The position numbers and the translations under genes are program-made. Of a stretch of DNA of 64,000 bases, positions 27,975 through 45,280 are shown piece by piece (within the stretch, counting starts at the first letter, position 1; each line of letters starts with the position of its first letter). Source of the stretch: the human T2T-CHM13v2.0 reference genome, Homo sapiens; NCBI RefSeq assembly GCF_009914755.1, contig NC_060935.1; one strand, given 5' to 3'. The notes under the pieces are model-generated. The model had not been told where the DNA came from. It did not search any database and saw only the letters and a list, made by a program, of their open reading frames with translations.

Positions 27975-28336
27975 GTTTTGTTTTGTTTTGTTTTGTTTTG
28001 TTTTGTTTTGTTTTGTTTTGTTTTTGTTTTGTTTTGAGACAAAAATCTCACTCTGTCACCCAGAGTCTCACTCTGTTGCCCAGGCTGGAGTGCAGTAGTG
28101 TGATCTCGGCTCACTGCAGCCTCCGCCTCCCGGGTTCAAGCAGTTTTCCTGCCTCAGCCTCCTGAGTAGCTGGGACTACAGATGCCCGCCACCACGCCTA
28201 GCTAATTTGTGTATTTTTAGTAGAGACAGGGTTTCACCATGTTGGCCAGGATGGTCTTGATCTCCTGACCTCGTGATCTGCCCGCCTCGGCCTCCCGAAG
28301 TGCTGGGATTACAGGCATGGGCCACCATGCCCGGCC
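27975..28336 (-). mobile_element. AluSc-like with (TTTTG)n tail and a ~20-bp internal duplication
   Basis: TCTCACTCTGT occurs twice; TSD AGCCT(A/G)TGTT. Confidence 0.93.
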
Positions 28337-29198
28337 AGCCTGTGTTCTTTCTAAGGCAGGGCTCCTGCAGGTAGGATTTGGCAAGGCTGAGAACAAGGAA
28401 GATCCCCAGAGAAGGCAGGGTGTGGGGACAAGGCCCAGATGTGAGAATAAATTGAGTGAGTTCCAGCAACCAGGCCACCAGCCAGGCTAGAGGTGAGGCT
28501 GAGATGTCTCCAGCAGCCTCCAGCAGCCCCAGGACAGGGCTTCACACTCAGGGGGTCAATGACCAACGTACCACAACTTGGGAGGATCTCCTGAGCCACA
28601 CAGTAAAGCATCCTTGCAGACAAGAACCAAGAATGCACCAGAATATCACACTGAACCACGGCATCATGATTGCCAATTCTACTGGCCTGCCCGCCTTTCT
28701 TTTCTCCTTCCTTCTGTCTTCCCTTCCTTTCCCTCTTTCCTTGATTAATTATTGACCCTTGAGAGAGGGACCATCTCCAAGAGGCTGTGTGTGGCTCTCT
28801 CTGGTTCTGATGTTACTGCTCTTTTCTAAGTAAGGATGGTTTAGGCAGAAGGCTCAAGGCAGGGGCCACAGGCTGGGGGGAAGTTTAGTGACAGTCAAGA
28901 ACTGGACAAAATCTCTGGAGTAAGCCACACCATAACTGTGTTGGCCATAAGACACGGGCTCCCAGTTGGGTAGAGTCTGGAGGAGGAAGGGATTCCCTTG
29001 CTCAGCTAAATTCCTGGTCTGAATTTCTCATTAGCATCAACCTCAGAAGTCCCCTCTTTCCAGTCTCATGATATGGCTGTCCCTATACTCCCATCTCCTC
29101 ATCTAGATATAGACAGATCTTCCCTTTTCTTCATAGCCTGCTCAGGTGAGGTTAAAACATTCTGCAAATCAGTTTTATTAAAAAAAAAAAAAAAAACC

Positions 29199-30081
<883 letters not shown>

Positions 30082-30439
30082 TCACCAAAGCTCATTTCTT
30101 TCATTTTCAGCTCTATACATCTCCAACCTGATGAGGCCACAGGACTCCCTGCTGCCCTCAGTATGACTTACAAACAAGCCCCACCTCAAACCCACCCTCC
30201 TTCCTTTGCAGATTCCTTTCTCACCCCCTCCACTCTGCATCATACACCCTTCACCCTGCTGACCACACCAACCATACCAGCACTTGCTGCCATCCTCAAT
30301 GACAACTGCCACCTGCTATATACCAGGCACAGAGGAAACACTCCTTTTGTGGAATCTACAAAGGGTGCTAAGCACTCTATGGGAATCACCTCATGCAATC
30401 TTCACAGTGCTGTACGCAGGTACTAACCTTGCACCCATT

Positions 30440-31099
<660 letters not shown>

Positions 31100-32639
31100 T
31101 CAAGGTTACACAACCGGTATATACCAGACTCAGACCATTAACTGTTTCCAAAACCCATGCCATCTACCTCTAAGAGTGATGGTGGACCTCTGACTCCCAC
31201 CAGGACAGCTTTTAAGGTCTTCACGAAGCATCACATTCAAGAATTTCCATGACATTGAATTTGCACTTGCCCCAAAGACATTCATTCAATAAATCCTGAG
31301 CACCAACTATGTGTTCAGTGGATGTGTAAATGGTGGCCATCAGATCCTTGTCTTGGAGTAGTCATGGTCCTTGTGGTAGACGTCGCCTTTGCCTGGGGTC
31401 TGTGGTGCTGACAGCAGTCCTTCCATCTCTAATGCTGCGGTGTGTGCATCAGTCTAGGGAAACCCTCTCTCCTTTGGTTTTCCTGGACATGGGCTAAGGT
31501 GGCCTGCAGTTCTCAGCTTGCTTGCAGAACTGACCTGCCCAACAGGTCTTTTGCTCTAAGAACAATCAAACACAAGTTACCTTGCTTCCTAGAGAGCTCT
31601 CTGACAAGCCATCACTCAAGAGTTCCCCTTGAAGAAGGTGTTGTGGGGCCCTAACACTACACTCTTGCAACATAAACCACTTCACACACTTCAACAGTGA
31701 GAAACACCATCTCCTCCAAGCAAAGCAGCATGGTGTCCTAACGGAAGTGTCCAGCAGGCATGGGTCAGAGATGAACACATCATTCCACCTGAAAGGGGCG
31801 AATGATTCTACTTTCTGAAAGTTCCTAAGTGATTACTGGTCTACCCTCTCACTTTGCAAACAAGGACACCTGAGACCTGTCAGAGAAGGTTAGAGACTCA
31901 TCCCACCTCCTAAGAGATGGAGCTGGGACATGGACCCGCTTTTCTGGTCCCATGTCAAGGGCCCCTTCCCAGGTCAAGGGCTCCTTCTCCTATCACGACA
32001 TGCTCAATGTGACAGGGTCAGGTCAGCGCGGGTGCTGGGGTAGAGCAGGGTGGGGCCAGGCCTGATGTCAAGTAATAGCATAGCAGCCACCAAGGCGCCC
32101 TGGCAGGGTTGTCTTAACTTCAAGGAAATTGCAAGAGAATGTTGCTTCCCTACACACCTATTCTGGCAGCTGACTGGCTTTGGGCTTGTCTGGATCTGCT
32201 GTGGGCTTGCAGGGTCCTCATGCACCCAGGCCCACAGGGTCTTTGTCTGAAGGAAGGGTCCCATTTCTACAGCCAGGCCGGCGTAGAGGCCAGGAGGGTG
32301 GGAACAGCCCAGCTTGTCTGGAGGGGCCCAGAGTCTTGAGCATCAGAGCCCTGGGGAGCAAGTTGTCTCCTGCACCCAGGACAAGGGGGTGCAATGACAC
32401 CCTGACACCTCCCCTCTTCTTCTCCCCAACCCGGCCCCCAGCAGAGCCAGTTGTCCTCCTCCCTAGCCCAGGCTGGGGGAAGTTTCTCCTGTTAGAGTTG
32501 AAAGGAGCCTCTTCAGTGATTAAGCCAGACCTGTTCTTCAAGTCCTCCAGCCATAATGAGATTTTTGCTGTTCCCAATTAGCTTACTTTTTGACAACATT
32601 GTGCCTTCTCTTCTGTCATTTCCTCCTGCCCTGTCTCAG

Positions 32640-32960
32640 CCCGTTGAAATGCGGCCCATCTTTTAAGACCCATTTCAAAGCTGGCCTCCTCCACTGTCCC
32701 TGTGGGCAGTCTCTCTCCCAGCCCAGAGCCTCTGGCCCCTCCAGACCCACACATCATTTTCTAGTGTGTGCTGTGACATTTGTAAATGTCTTTTTCCTAG
32801 CCCAGTGCCTGCCACAAAGAAAGCTCAAAATTAGTTTTTAATTGAATAAATAACTCCAACATACTCATTATGTTACAGATGAGGAAACTGCAGCTGGAAG
32901 AAGCTGAGTGGCTTCCCCAAGGTCCCATAGCTAGTCAGTGCCAGAGGCAGCTCCAAAACT
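32640..32960. mobile_element. L2 3' end (+) followed by MIR (-)
   Basis: CCTAGCCCAGTGCCTGCCAC..TTGAATAAAT; TTACAGATGAGGAAACTG..CCCAAGGTCCCATAGCTAG. Confidence 0.7.
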
Positions 32961-33059
32961 CATAACAATTGTGATCCCACCCTGTCTTCTTTCCCTGACC
33001 CCATAACTCCTCTTACTACCTGCATCGAGCCAGAGGCCACAAGCTCAGGATCAGTGATT

Positions 33060-33690
<631 letters not shown>

Positions 33691-34214
33691 CTATTCTGTT
33701 TTTCAAAACCACACAGGATCTGTGATCGCTGCAGTGCTTAACACTGTTACGTTTAAGTCTTCCCAGTGCAGTGAACTCTGAGCAGATGCCTGTTATAAAA
33801 CCAGGCCACAAACACATGTACAGAGTCCTCCCATCAGATCTCACGCGCTCTCTCCTAAAAGCCACTTTATTTTAGGCACTGAATTAATGATATACAAATG
33901 ACATGCACAGTGATGTGGAATTAGCATATGTCTTGGATTTTTTTTCAGGAAGAGATTTTGTATGTGTGTGGAAAAGTCAACTGCTCAGGCCCTTTCCAAA
34001 CGGTTTGTTTTGATCCCAGTTGTCTGACAACGGGGACCTGCCCTTGTGTTTGGAGGCAGAAAAGAGCCCCCAGGAGCGTGTGAGGAGAAGCAGGCTCAGA
34101 GGGTCCCCCAGGCCCCTCTTCCCTTCCCCCACAGCCAGCTTTCACCACGGTGGCTTTGGCCCACAGCTGCCCTAGCCCAGGGACCCGATGGCAGGCAGAA
34201 GCAGACCTACTTTG

Positions 34215-34228
34215 GTTTCCATGGTAAC
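34215..34228. promoter_or_regulatory. RFX X-box
   Basis: GTTTCCATGGTAAC matches GTTNCCATGGNAAC and lies in a small CpG-containing unique segment. Confidence 0.65.
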
Positions 34229-34540
34229 CGCGGGAGTGCGCCGCAGCCAACAAGGCAGCTGGTTTGAAGGGTGTTGATCTCTCTGCAGACCAGCAAGGCA
34301 GAACCACTAGGGACCAGAGGTGGCAACCGAGCCAGAAGGAGCCACAGGAGCTGGGTATGCAAAGTTCACGGGGACCTGTCTGAAGAGCCCAACCGCTCTT
34401 CCCCAACCCTCTGCCACCCATCCACCCAAACAGAGGCACTCGCTGAGCAGAGCACATCCAGGCTCCACTGTGAACACAACTCAGACCCGCATTCACACCA
34501 AATACATCCCAGCTTCACATCTGTGGACCCATTTTCACCA

Positions 34541-35043
<503 letters not shown>

Positions 35044-35871
35044 TCACACATAGTATATAAGATTGACACCCAGAAAGATCCACATTCACCCCAATCACCT
35101 TATCTATACGCACCCCCCTACTGTACAGACACTGCTCAGGTGGGGCATGTACTCCATTCACCGCATGCATGCACAGACCCATATCTCCCTGACACACCTA
35201 TGCCCACCTGTGTACTCACAGGGACACCCCCAGACACATACCCAAAATGCAGATCACAACCTCCAAATGTTACAACTCAGAAGCTGAGGAGCCCAAGCTT
35301 TCTGAAACGACTCAAAAACAAGATTGTGCTTCCATTCAGTGCTGGAACCAAATCACTAAACCCTAACAAAGACCCCCCAGGCTTGTTGCCTCGTAAACCA
35401 GGCCCATCATGGAGGGAGGCCTTTCTTCTTCTCTGTTTATTTACTCAGAGCAGTTTTTTCTATCCTCCATAAATGCCAAAAGGACAAAAATGTGTCACTC
35501 AGACTTGAAATAAAAACGCTTATGATAGCCTTACAGAGACACACACTCCTCTTTAAGACGCCCATGTGTGGTGCCCACCATGAGCATGCCCCACGAGGTG
35601 CGCCACCCACCACCCCACAAGACAAGGACAAGATGCCTTCTGGGTACTGCTCTAGGAAGGCAGGAAATGTTGTAAGAAGCACGGAGTATCTTGCTAGGCC
35701 GGGGGTCAGCTCCTGACCTGGCCGGGACACCTCACAGCCATAGACTCCATCCACATAGGCCCTTGAGAACAGGAGGTCACAGAGACACTTGTGGAGGACA
35801 TTTGGTTGAGAATCTCTTGAAGCACATTTGAAGATTCGTGGCATTATTTTCAATATTGTCTTAATAATCAC

Positions 35872-36178
<307 letters not shown>

Positions 36179-36997
36179 TAATGTGCAGAAATTGAAAGGT
36201 GTATGTAGCATGTACACATGTCTGTATGCTTATTATAATAATGACCATATTTATTGGGCACAAAAGGTCAATACATGTTAGCTATTGTTATTATTGTAAT
36301 TTTACATGGTTAATGAAAATAATGTAGAAGTAGGGGGTTGTTAAGATGAGCTTCCTTTATTTCCTAGGGTTTTGATTCAATAAACTCTTTTCAGTTTTAG
36401 CAGTAGCAATATTGCATTGTGCTGTATTTTACAAAACAATTTCACGTACACTATCTCCTTTCAATCCTGGAGCAGCTCCTGGGTGAGGGAATGATGCTGG
36501 GGGAGGGAGCAGGTCATAGATGAGTAAGACCCAGACCCAGGCCTTCGAGAGCTCACAAGCTAGTGAGGAAGGGTTCCAGGAGCAGCTTTGAAACCATACC
36601 ACGAGGCCTCAGGTTGTCACAAAGGACCTGCCAAAGGCAGTGAAGCACAGGAAAGGGAGTCATTCGTTGCTCGGGAAGAATCAGGAAGGGCTGGATAATC
36701 AAAGAAAGCTTCACGGAAGAAGTCCCACTGGAGCCAGGCCTAGAAGCATAAGTAGATTGAGGCAAGCCAAGTTCTGGGCTGGAAAAGGGCACTGAGGTCC
36801 CAGGCACAGCTGCAGAACAGAAGTTGGTGGGCCTAGGTAGCCTGACTTGAGGGGCTGGGGCAGGAGCAGGGGGAAATAAAGCTGTGAAGGTAGACTGAGG
36901 CGGGATTCGGAAAGGCCTTGCACCAGAGGCCAAAGCATCTGGCCCCAGCAAATGACCAAGTGTTTGAAACAGCCAGTCTTGTGCTCCAGAGAAACAC

Positions 36998-37630
<633 letters not shown>

Positions 37631-37779
37631 GCCATGGTGGTGGGCATGGTGATGTGGGGTACAGCTGGGAGCCTCAGGTCCACACGGGAGATTTAAGATT
37701 GCACCCTCTCAGGAACAAAGCCAGAGCCCCCGTCCAAACCCCTACACCTAGCTCAGGCCCTGACCCGTAGAAGGTTCTC

Positions 37780-38320
37780 CATAAATGTCTGCTGAACTGC
37801 CCTGCGTTGCTGGGTCACGCGAGGAAAATGGAATTAAGAGTCCGCTGACCCGGAGGGCTGGTTCCGGCGCACTATTGACTGGCTCCAGGGCCTTGAGCCG
37901 GGGATTTAACCTCTCGGCTTCTCGATTTCCTCGCTGGCAAAATGAATCTGATACCGCCCTGACCGCCCTTGCTTAGCAGGGGTGAGTCTCACTAGAGGCT
38001 GAAGGCGTGAGAAAGGCACAGAGCGCTGTCCAGGCAGGGAGCCACTCGGGCTGCCACCTCCCGCGCCCGCTGGAGACCGTAAGCCAGGAGAGCTGGCTCA
38101 GCCGTCAGCAATTACCTGCGCCCCGAACACAACACCTGCGCTCCACTTCCGCACAGGCAGATGGTGCAATCTGGCCGCGCCGCACCCTCCCGCACCCCAC
38201 CCGCGGCGGCCTTGCCGTGACAGCGCTCGCGCCAGGTGTCGGTGTGCAGGCTGGTCCGGGACGCTGCGACTGCAGCCGGCAGGAACCCGCGCGAGGGGAA
38301 AGGGGCGCTGGGACCAGGCC
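37780..38320. promoter_or_regulatory. Orphan CpG-rich island (candidate promoter/enhancer)
   Basis: Dense CpG and GC runs relative to the flanks; several E-boxes (CACCTG, CAGATG, CAGGTG). Confidence 0.6.
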
Positions 38321-38702
38321 ATGGGATGCCCAAGGCACCCCTCTCAAGTCCAAGGGAATAAGGCCAGCTTCTCCTGGATTCTTAAAACCCCTCTGAAAGG
38401 AGAGCAGGGAGCAGGTATCAGCTCCCTGCGTTCCACGTGGAGAGACTGGGGCTCAGAGAGACGAGGTGGCCTGAGGATGGACACACACATATTAAGTGAT
38501 GGGGGCGGAGGGAAGCCCAAGTCTCTAACTCCGGGTCCACCATTCCTCCCCGGGCTGGCACTGCTCTGACTGCACAGACCAGCTGACTCGTCTTGGGCAA
38601 GGGTGGAATTCTTCCTTTTGCCCAGGGCTGGCTTTGCCTCCTTCCACCCCGTGGCCTTGCCACTCCTGTGCCACCCAGCCTCCTCCCAAACACCACGCCC
38701 AT

Positions 38703-39321
<619 letters not shown>

Positions 39322-39819
39322 TTCACTGAAATCCATCAGTCTCCTGAAGGACCCAGTCGTCCCTATTGGAGCCACACAACAAATCCACTCTGCCTTTTTC
39401 TGCACCATCCAGCCTGTGTTCGGAGGCAGCTCTGTCTCTTCCCAACCAAGGGCCTTCCTTCACCCGTTCCTCAGAAGCCATGCTTGCGAGTTCCTTTCTC
39501 TGTCTGCTCATGTCCTTCAGAGCTCAGCACAAACCTGGGTTTTGACCATGTGTCAGGCAGTGTGCTCAGTGCACGGCCTCCTGACAACCACCTCCAGAGA
39601 CGAACACTACCGTTAGCCCCATTTTACAGATGAGGAGGCTGAGAAGTGGAAGAACTTAGTAGGAGTTACACAGCAAGCAGCAGAGCCGATGCTGCTTCTC
39701 CCCGCTGTGCCTTGTGACCCCCAAGGAGAGCTGTTCTCTCACCCAGCAGTTCCATTGAAGGACAAGGCCACTGTGCTTGGAGTCAAAACATCTGGCTTTG
39801 CACTCCACTGTGCCATTTA

Positions 39820-40123
39820 TTTCTATTTATTTTATTATTATTTATTTATTTATTGAGACAGCGTCTCACTCTGTCACCCAGGCTGGCATCCAGTGGAACA
39901 ATCTCAGCTCACTGCCACCTCCATCTCTTGGATTCGAGTGATTTGCCTGCCTCAGCTTCCTGAGTAGCTGAGATTACAGGTGCCCACCACCAAGCTGGGC
40001 TAATTTTTGTATTTTAGAAGAGATGGGGTTTCACCATGTTGGTCGGGCTAGTCTCGAACTCCTGACCTCAAATGATCTGCCTACCTCGGCCTCCCAAAGT
40101 GCTGGGATTATAGGCACCTGGCC
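39820..40123 (-). mobile_element. Alu inserted in a MIR
   Basis: Reverse Alu; TSD CCACTGTGCCATTTATT. Confidence 0.9.
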
Positions 40124-42770
40124 CCCACTGTGCCATTTATTATTATAGGCACGCCTGGCCCCCACTGTAGCATTTATTATTGTGTGACCCAGGCAAGCCA
40201 CATGTCTCAGTCTCCTGGTCTGTGAAATGGGGATTATTATAGTATCACCTTCCAGGCTGTTTTGGAGGCTAGGACGCATGTCTGCGTGACCTCAGGACTG
40301 GTACTCCACATTAGCTCCCACTTCCCCTCCCAACTGGCTCACAGGAGCTAGAGCAAATGAGGAGATTCATGCTGCACCCTATGGGGCTCGAGCACCTCCC
40401 AGGTTAGGGAGCCAGGTTCAAGCTTCCAGGTCCCCCACCTGGCGTGGAGTCACTCTCTAAAATGATTTGTCAAGTGACAAGCAAAAATATATTACCAATT
40501 TAAGAGTGTGATTTGCCTGCAACTTTTTAATCCTCGGGCTGTTGTTGAATAGATTAAAGTGTCTGCTTTGATCCATGCATTTAGATGGAAACATAAATAT
40601 AGCCATCACTTATTCTCCCGGCCGCCAGGATGGGTGTCCTGCTGCATCACTCCGCTTCCCACCCAGCCAGGCTAATGCATGAGAATGTCCTTTTTGTCAT
40701 TCACATCCCTCTTGCATTTCACCACTGACTCTTCTGCTCCGGCCAGCACCCCTCAGCCCTGCCTAATTTGACCACGGCTCACGCTGGGAGATCATCACCA
40801 CGGAAAGGGTGGGGGCAGTCCCGCAGGGCTTCCCAGCTGCCCGATGCTGCAAACTTCCCCCAGCTTGGCAGAGCCCTGCAAGAATAAATCTCTGGAGAAA
40901 TAGATTTTGAAGAGGAATTTGGTACATAGATCTTCTGTCAGCGGAGCAGACTCCGGCTCAGCTGTTTTTCAAGTTCGCTGCTTATCCAGAGATACATCTA
41001 TTTTTACATGGATCTCTGGCGAGATTTCCTCTTCCCTCACAGGGTAGGAGGCCTTTGAGGGAGCCCAAGGGCTGGCAGCGGTGGTAGCCATGGGGACACG
41101 GGGCAGGGGGAGCCAGGGAGGGGCTGGTGCAGTCCTGGGCTTCCTCCACCTGCAGCATCCTCCCTCGGCCCTTCTGCTGAGCAATGGGACCGGCCTCCCT
41201 GAGCCTCTATCACTGCACTGGCCCCTCTGCGCCCCCTCCACCCACCCAAAGGCCCCAGCCATCTCCGTGACCCCCAAGCCTGAAGTCCCCTGAGGAGGCC
41301 AAGGGCTGGGCTGAGCTGTGGACAAGTGTTGGGCGTGGACACATACAAATGTGCACACTGGAGGGTCCCCACCATGTGCCCACAAAGACTGGCAGGGCCT
41401 GCCCACTGCCCCAGGTTCATCCTGGACCTACCTGTGGAGCTGCTGCAAACAGTAGGAGCCAGCTCTGAGCTGTGCCAGAGGAGAAATGGCTGGCAGGGGT
41501 GCCAAGCAGGGTGCTCTGGCAGGCAATTAGGCCCCAGACAATGGCCCGCAAATGTCAGAAGTGGCGGGAAGGCTGGAATTCACTGAGGCCTTGGGCATAT
41601 GGAGGAGCACATGGAAGGGCACAGGGATGACCATGTGCCGATGGAGCCAAAAGCCATGGAGCTGATGCTTTCCTGCTCCCCATAGAGCCCTCTGGCAGGC
41701 TGGACACCCTTATGCTTCCTCTTCCCAAGTCCCCTCGAAAAAATCCCCTCACTCCAGGAAGCTCTGTGCTGTGAGGCCCAGCCCCCCAAGATAATCAGGG
41801 AAGAGAAGATAGTCCCAGGATAGGAATGACCGCACAGTGACTACATCTGCTGCCCGGCCTGGCTCTGTCCCTGCCCAGCTCTATCCCTGCCCCTTCCCCA
41901 CAGGCCGGCCTCCACCTCCAGAGGGTTCTGTTTCCAAGATGCCCAGAGGTCCAGACCCAGCCAGTCCTGCCCAAGTACCCAAGCCCTGGGGGCAGACTTC
42001 CAGCCAGGAAGTAGCATTGGGCCAGGGTACAAACCTCCACCTCGTAGCCAGACCAGCAGGTCCTCCATGGGCTCAGCACTACCCAGCAATGATCATGGAT
42101 CCACCCTTGGTCTCTTCCCCCTGAAGCTTCCAGTTCCATTCTCAGCCTCATCAGCCCATTCCCCTGTGAGAGCCTCGTCCCTGAAATTGTATCGCCTCTC
42201 TCTTCTTCCAGCTGTGCCAGTCTCTTCCTCTACCCTGCTTTCCAATGCCCCACGCCCGCCCCTTCTCTCCCTACATGCTGACACACAGTTCCTGTGGGCC
42301 CTGTTGAGCCTTTTATGTGTTCTTAGTCCTTCTCTCCCTCCTTCCTTGGCCCCTGCACTCAGAAATGCACATTCCCATCACTACCAACCATCCCATCACC
42401 AGCTCATGGCCTTTGTACACCCTCCTGCCGGGCCTCTGCTCTTCAGCTCTCCCTGGCCTCACAGATGGGACCTCGCCTGGCTCCTCTCCTTCCTGGGCCT
42501 GCTCTCTCTCTCTTTACTCTTCTTCCTCTTTCTACCTTTTCTTTGGTCATCCCCTATGGCTCTTGCCCAATTTTCTTTCTACCCTCTCTCCCCAAGCCCC
42601 AAAACATTGCTGCCATGTGAATGTCTCACACATTTGTATCACCAGGTGTGACATTTCTGGTGTCCTCAACTGCTCCTAAGATAGTTCCAGGTTGGCAGGA
42701 ACTCTCCTGTTATCCCTAAGTCATCCTGTCTGCAACAAATGCATCATCTACCCTCAATAACCAGCTCCTT

Positions 42771-43101
<331 letters not shown>

Positions 43102-43344
43102 CTAGAGTGACAAGTGAGGTTTTTTCTCTTGTTTCCTCACCGGATCCTAGGTTTACTCCTCCTTTCCCCTAACTCTCCTGCCCCTCACCAACGCACCCAT
43201 GTAACCAATCATCATCCTCTAGTTGTCTTTGAAATGACTCAGCACCTGCCCAAGCCATTCCATTCTCATTACACCCCAGGTTCTAGCCCTTATTTCCATT
43301 CATCAGGACTATGGCAGGTGCTGCCTAATCTGCCCTGCCTCATA

Positions 43345-44289
<945 letters not shown>

Positions 44290-44692
44290 TGTCTTCGTTC
44301 ATTCCTGCTACTGTAACAAAAATGCTTCGGGCTAATTTTTTTTTTTTTTTACCAATTCCTCCATTACAGACTGGGTCATTTATAAACAACAGAAATGTAT
44401 TGCTCACAGTTTTGGAGGCTAGGAAATTGAAGATCAAGGCACCAACAGATCTGGTGTCTGATGAAGGCCTGTTCCTCATAGATGGCACCTTCTCTGTGTC
44501 CTCACGTGGCAGAAGGGGCAAAGGGCAAACAGGATACATCAGGCCTTTTTCTAAGGGCACTAATCCCATTTATGGTGGCAGAGCCCTCCTGAGCTAATCA
44601 TCTCCCAAAGGCCCCACCTCTTCATACCATCACTTTGGGAGTTAAGTTCCAGCATATGAATTTTGGGGACACCCATACTCAGACCATAACAC
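44290..44692 (-). mobile_element. MLT1A-like LTR
   Basis: TTTATAAACAACAGAAATGTATTGCTCACAGTTTTGGAGGCTAGG...CAGACCATAACA. Confidence 0.85.
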
Positions 44693-44779
44693 TAATACAC
44701 CTTACCATCATCCATTCCGCAAACTGCTGCTATAAGTCACCTTGCACCCCCGGACCTGTCAGAACTCCCAGCTGCATAC

Positions 44780-45280
44780 CATGTATGCCCCAAACCCTCA
44801 GCCTGGCATTCAAGGGAGTCAGCCTCCAGATTTTCTTTTTAGCTCATCTGCCCCAGAAACCGCCACTTAAAATGCACTGGCCACCTTCACATCTTCCAGA
44901 ATTGCCTCCAGCGTCCCACCTCCAGGTCTGTGCTCATGCTATGCTCTCATCTGGAATTCCTTCTCCTTCCCACCCCCTCCCCCAACCTCTCCATCAATCC
45001 AAATCCGCCCTCTGTTAAAGCCTCCTGTGAGCCCCCTCCTCCCAGAATCCCCCCTGAGCCCTCCAGCCTCCAGAGGCCTCTCTCCCCTCTGGTCTCGCTG
45101 CCTCACCCACTTAGCTCTCGGTGCACACAGCTTTGTGTTAGATTCTGTTTCTCCTCAAGACAATCTAATAGCAAGATCCACAGCTTTTACTTCTCTTATG
45201 TCCTCCACGATGTCTAGCGCAGTTCTGGATATAGAGCAGGGGCAGGAGAGCAACAGAAAGAGGTTGAGCTACAAATAAAA
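44780..45280 (+). mobile_element. Degraded L2
   Basis: CAGCCTGGCATTCAAGG; TGCTCATGCTATGCTCTCATCTGGAAT. Confidence 0.55.

Noticed and set aside
31392-31412. REST/RE1 site (also half-sites near 22970, 38022 and 51664)
   Set aside because: Only one half matches well; no canonical 21-bp RE1.
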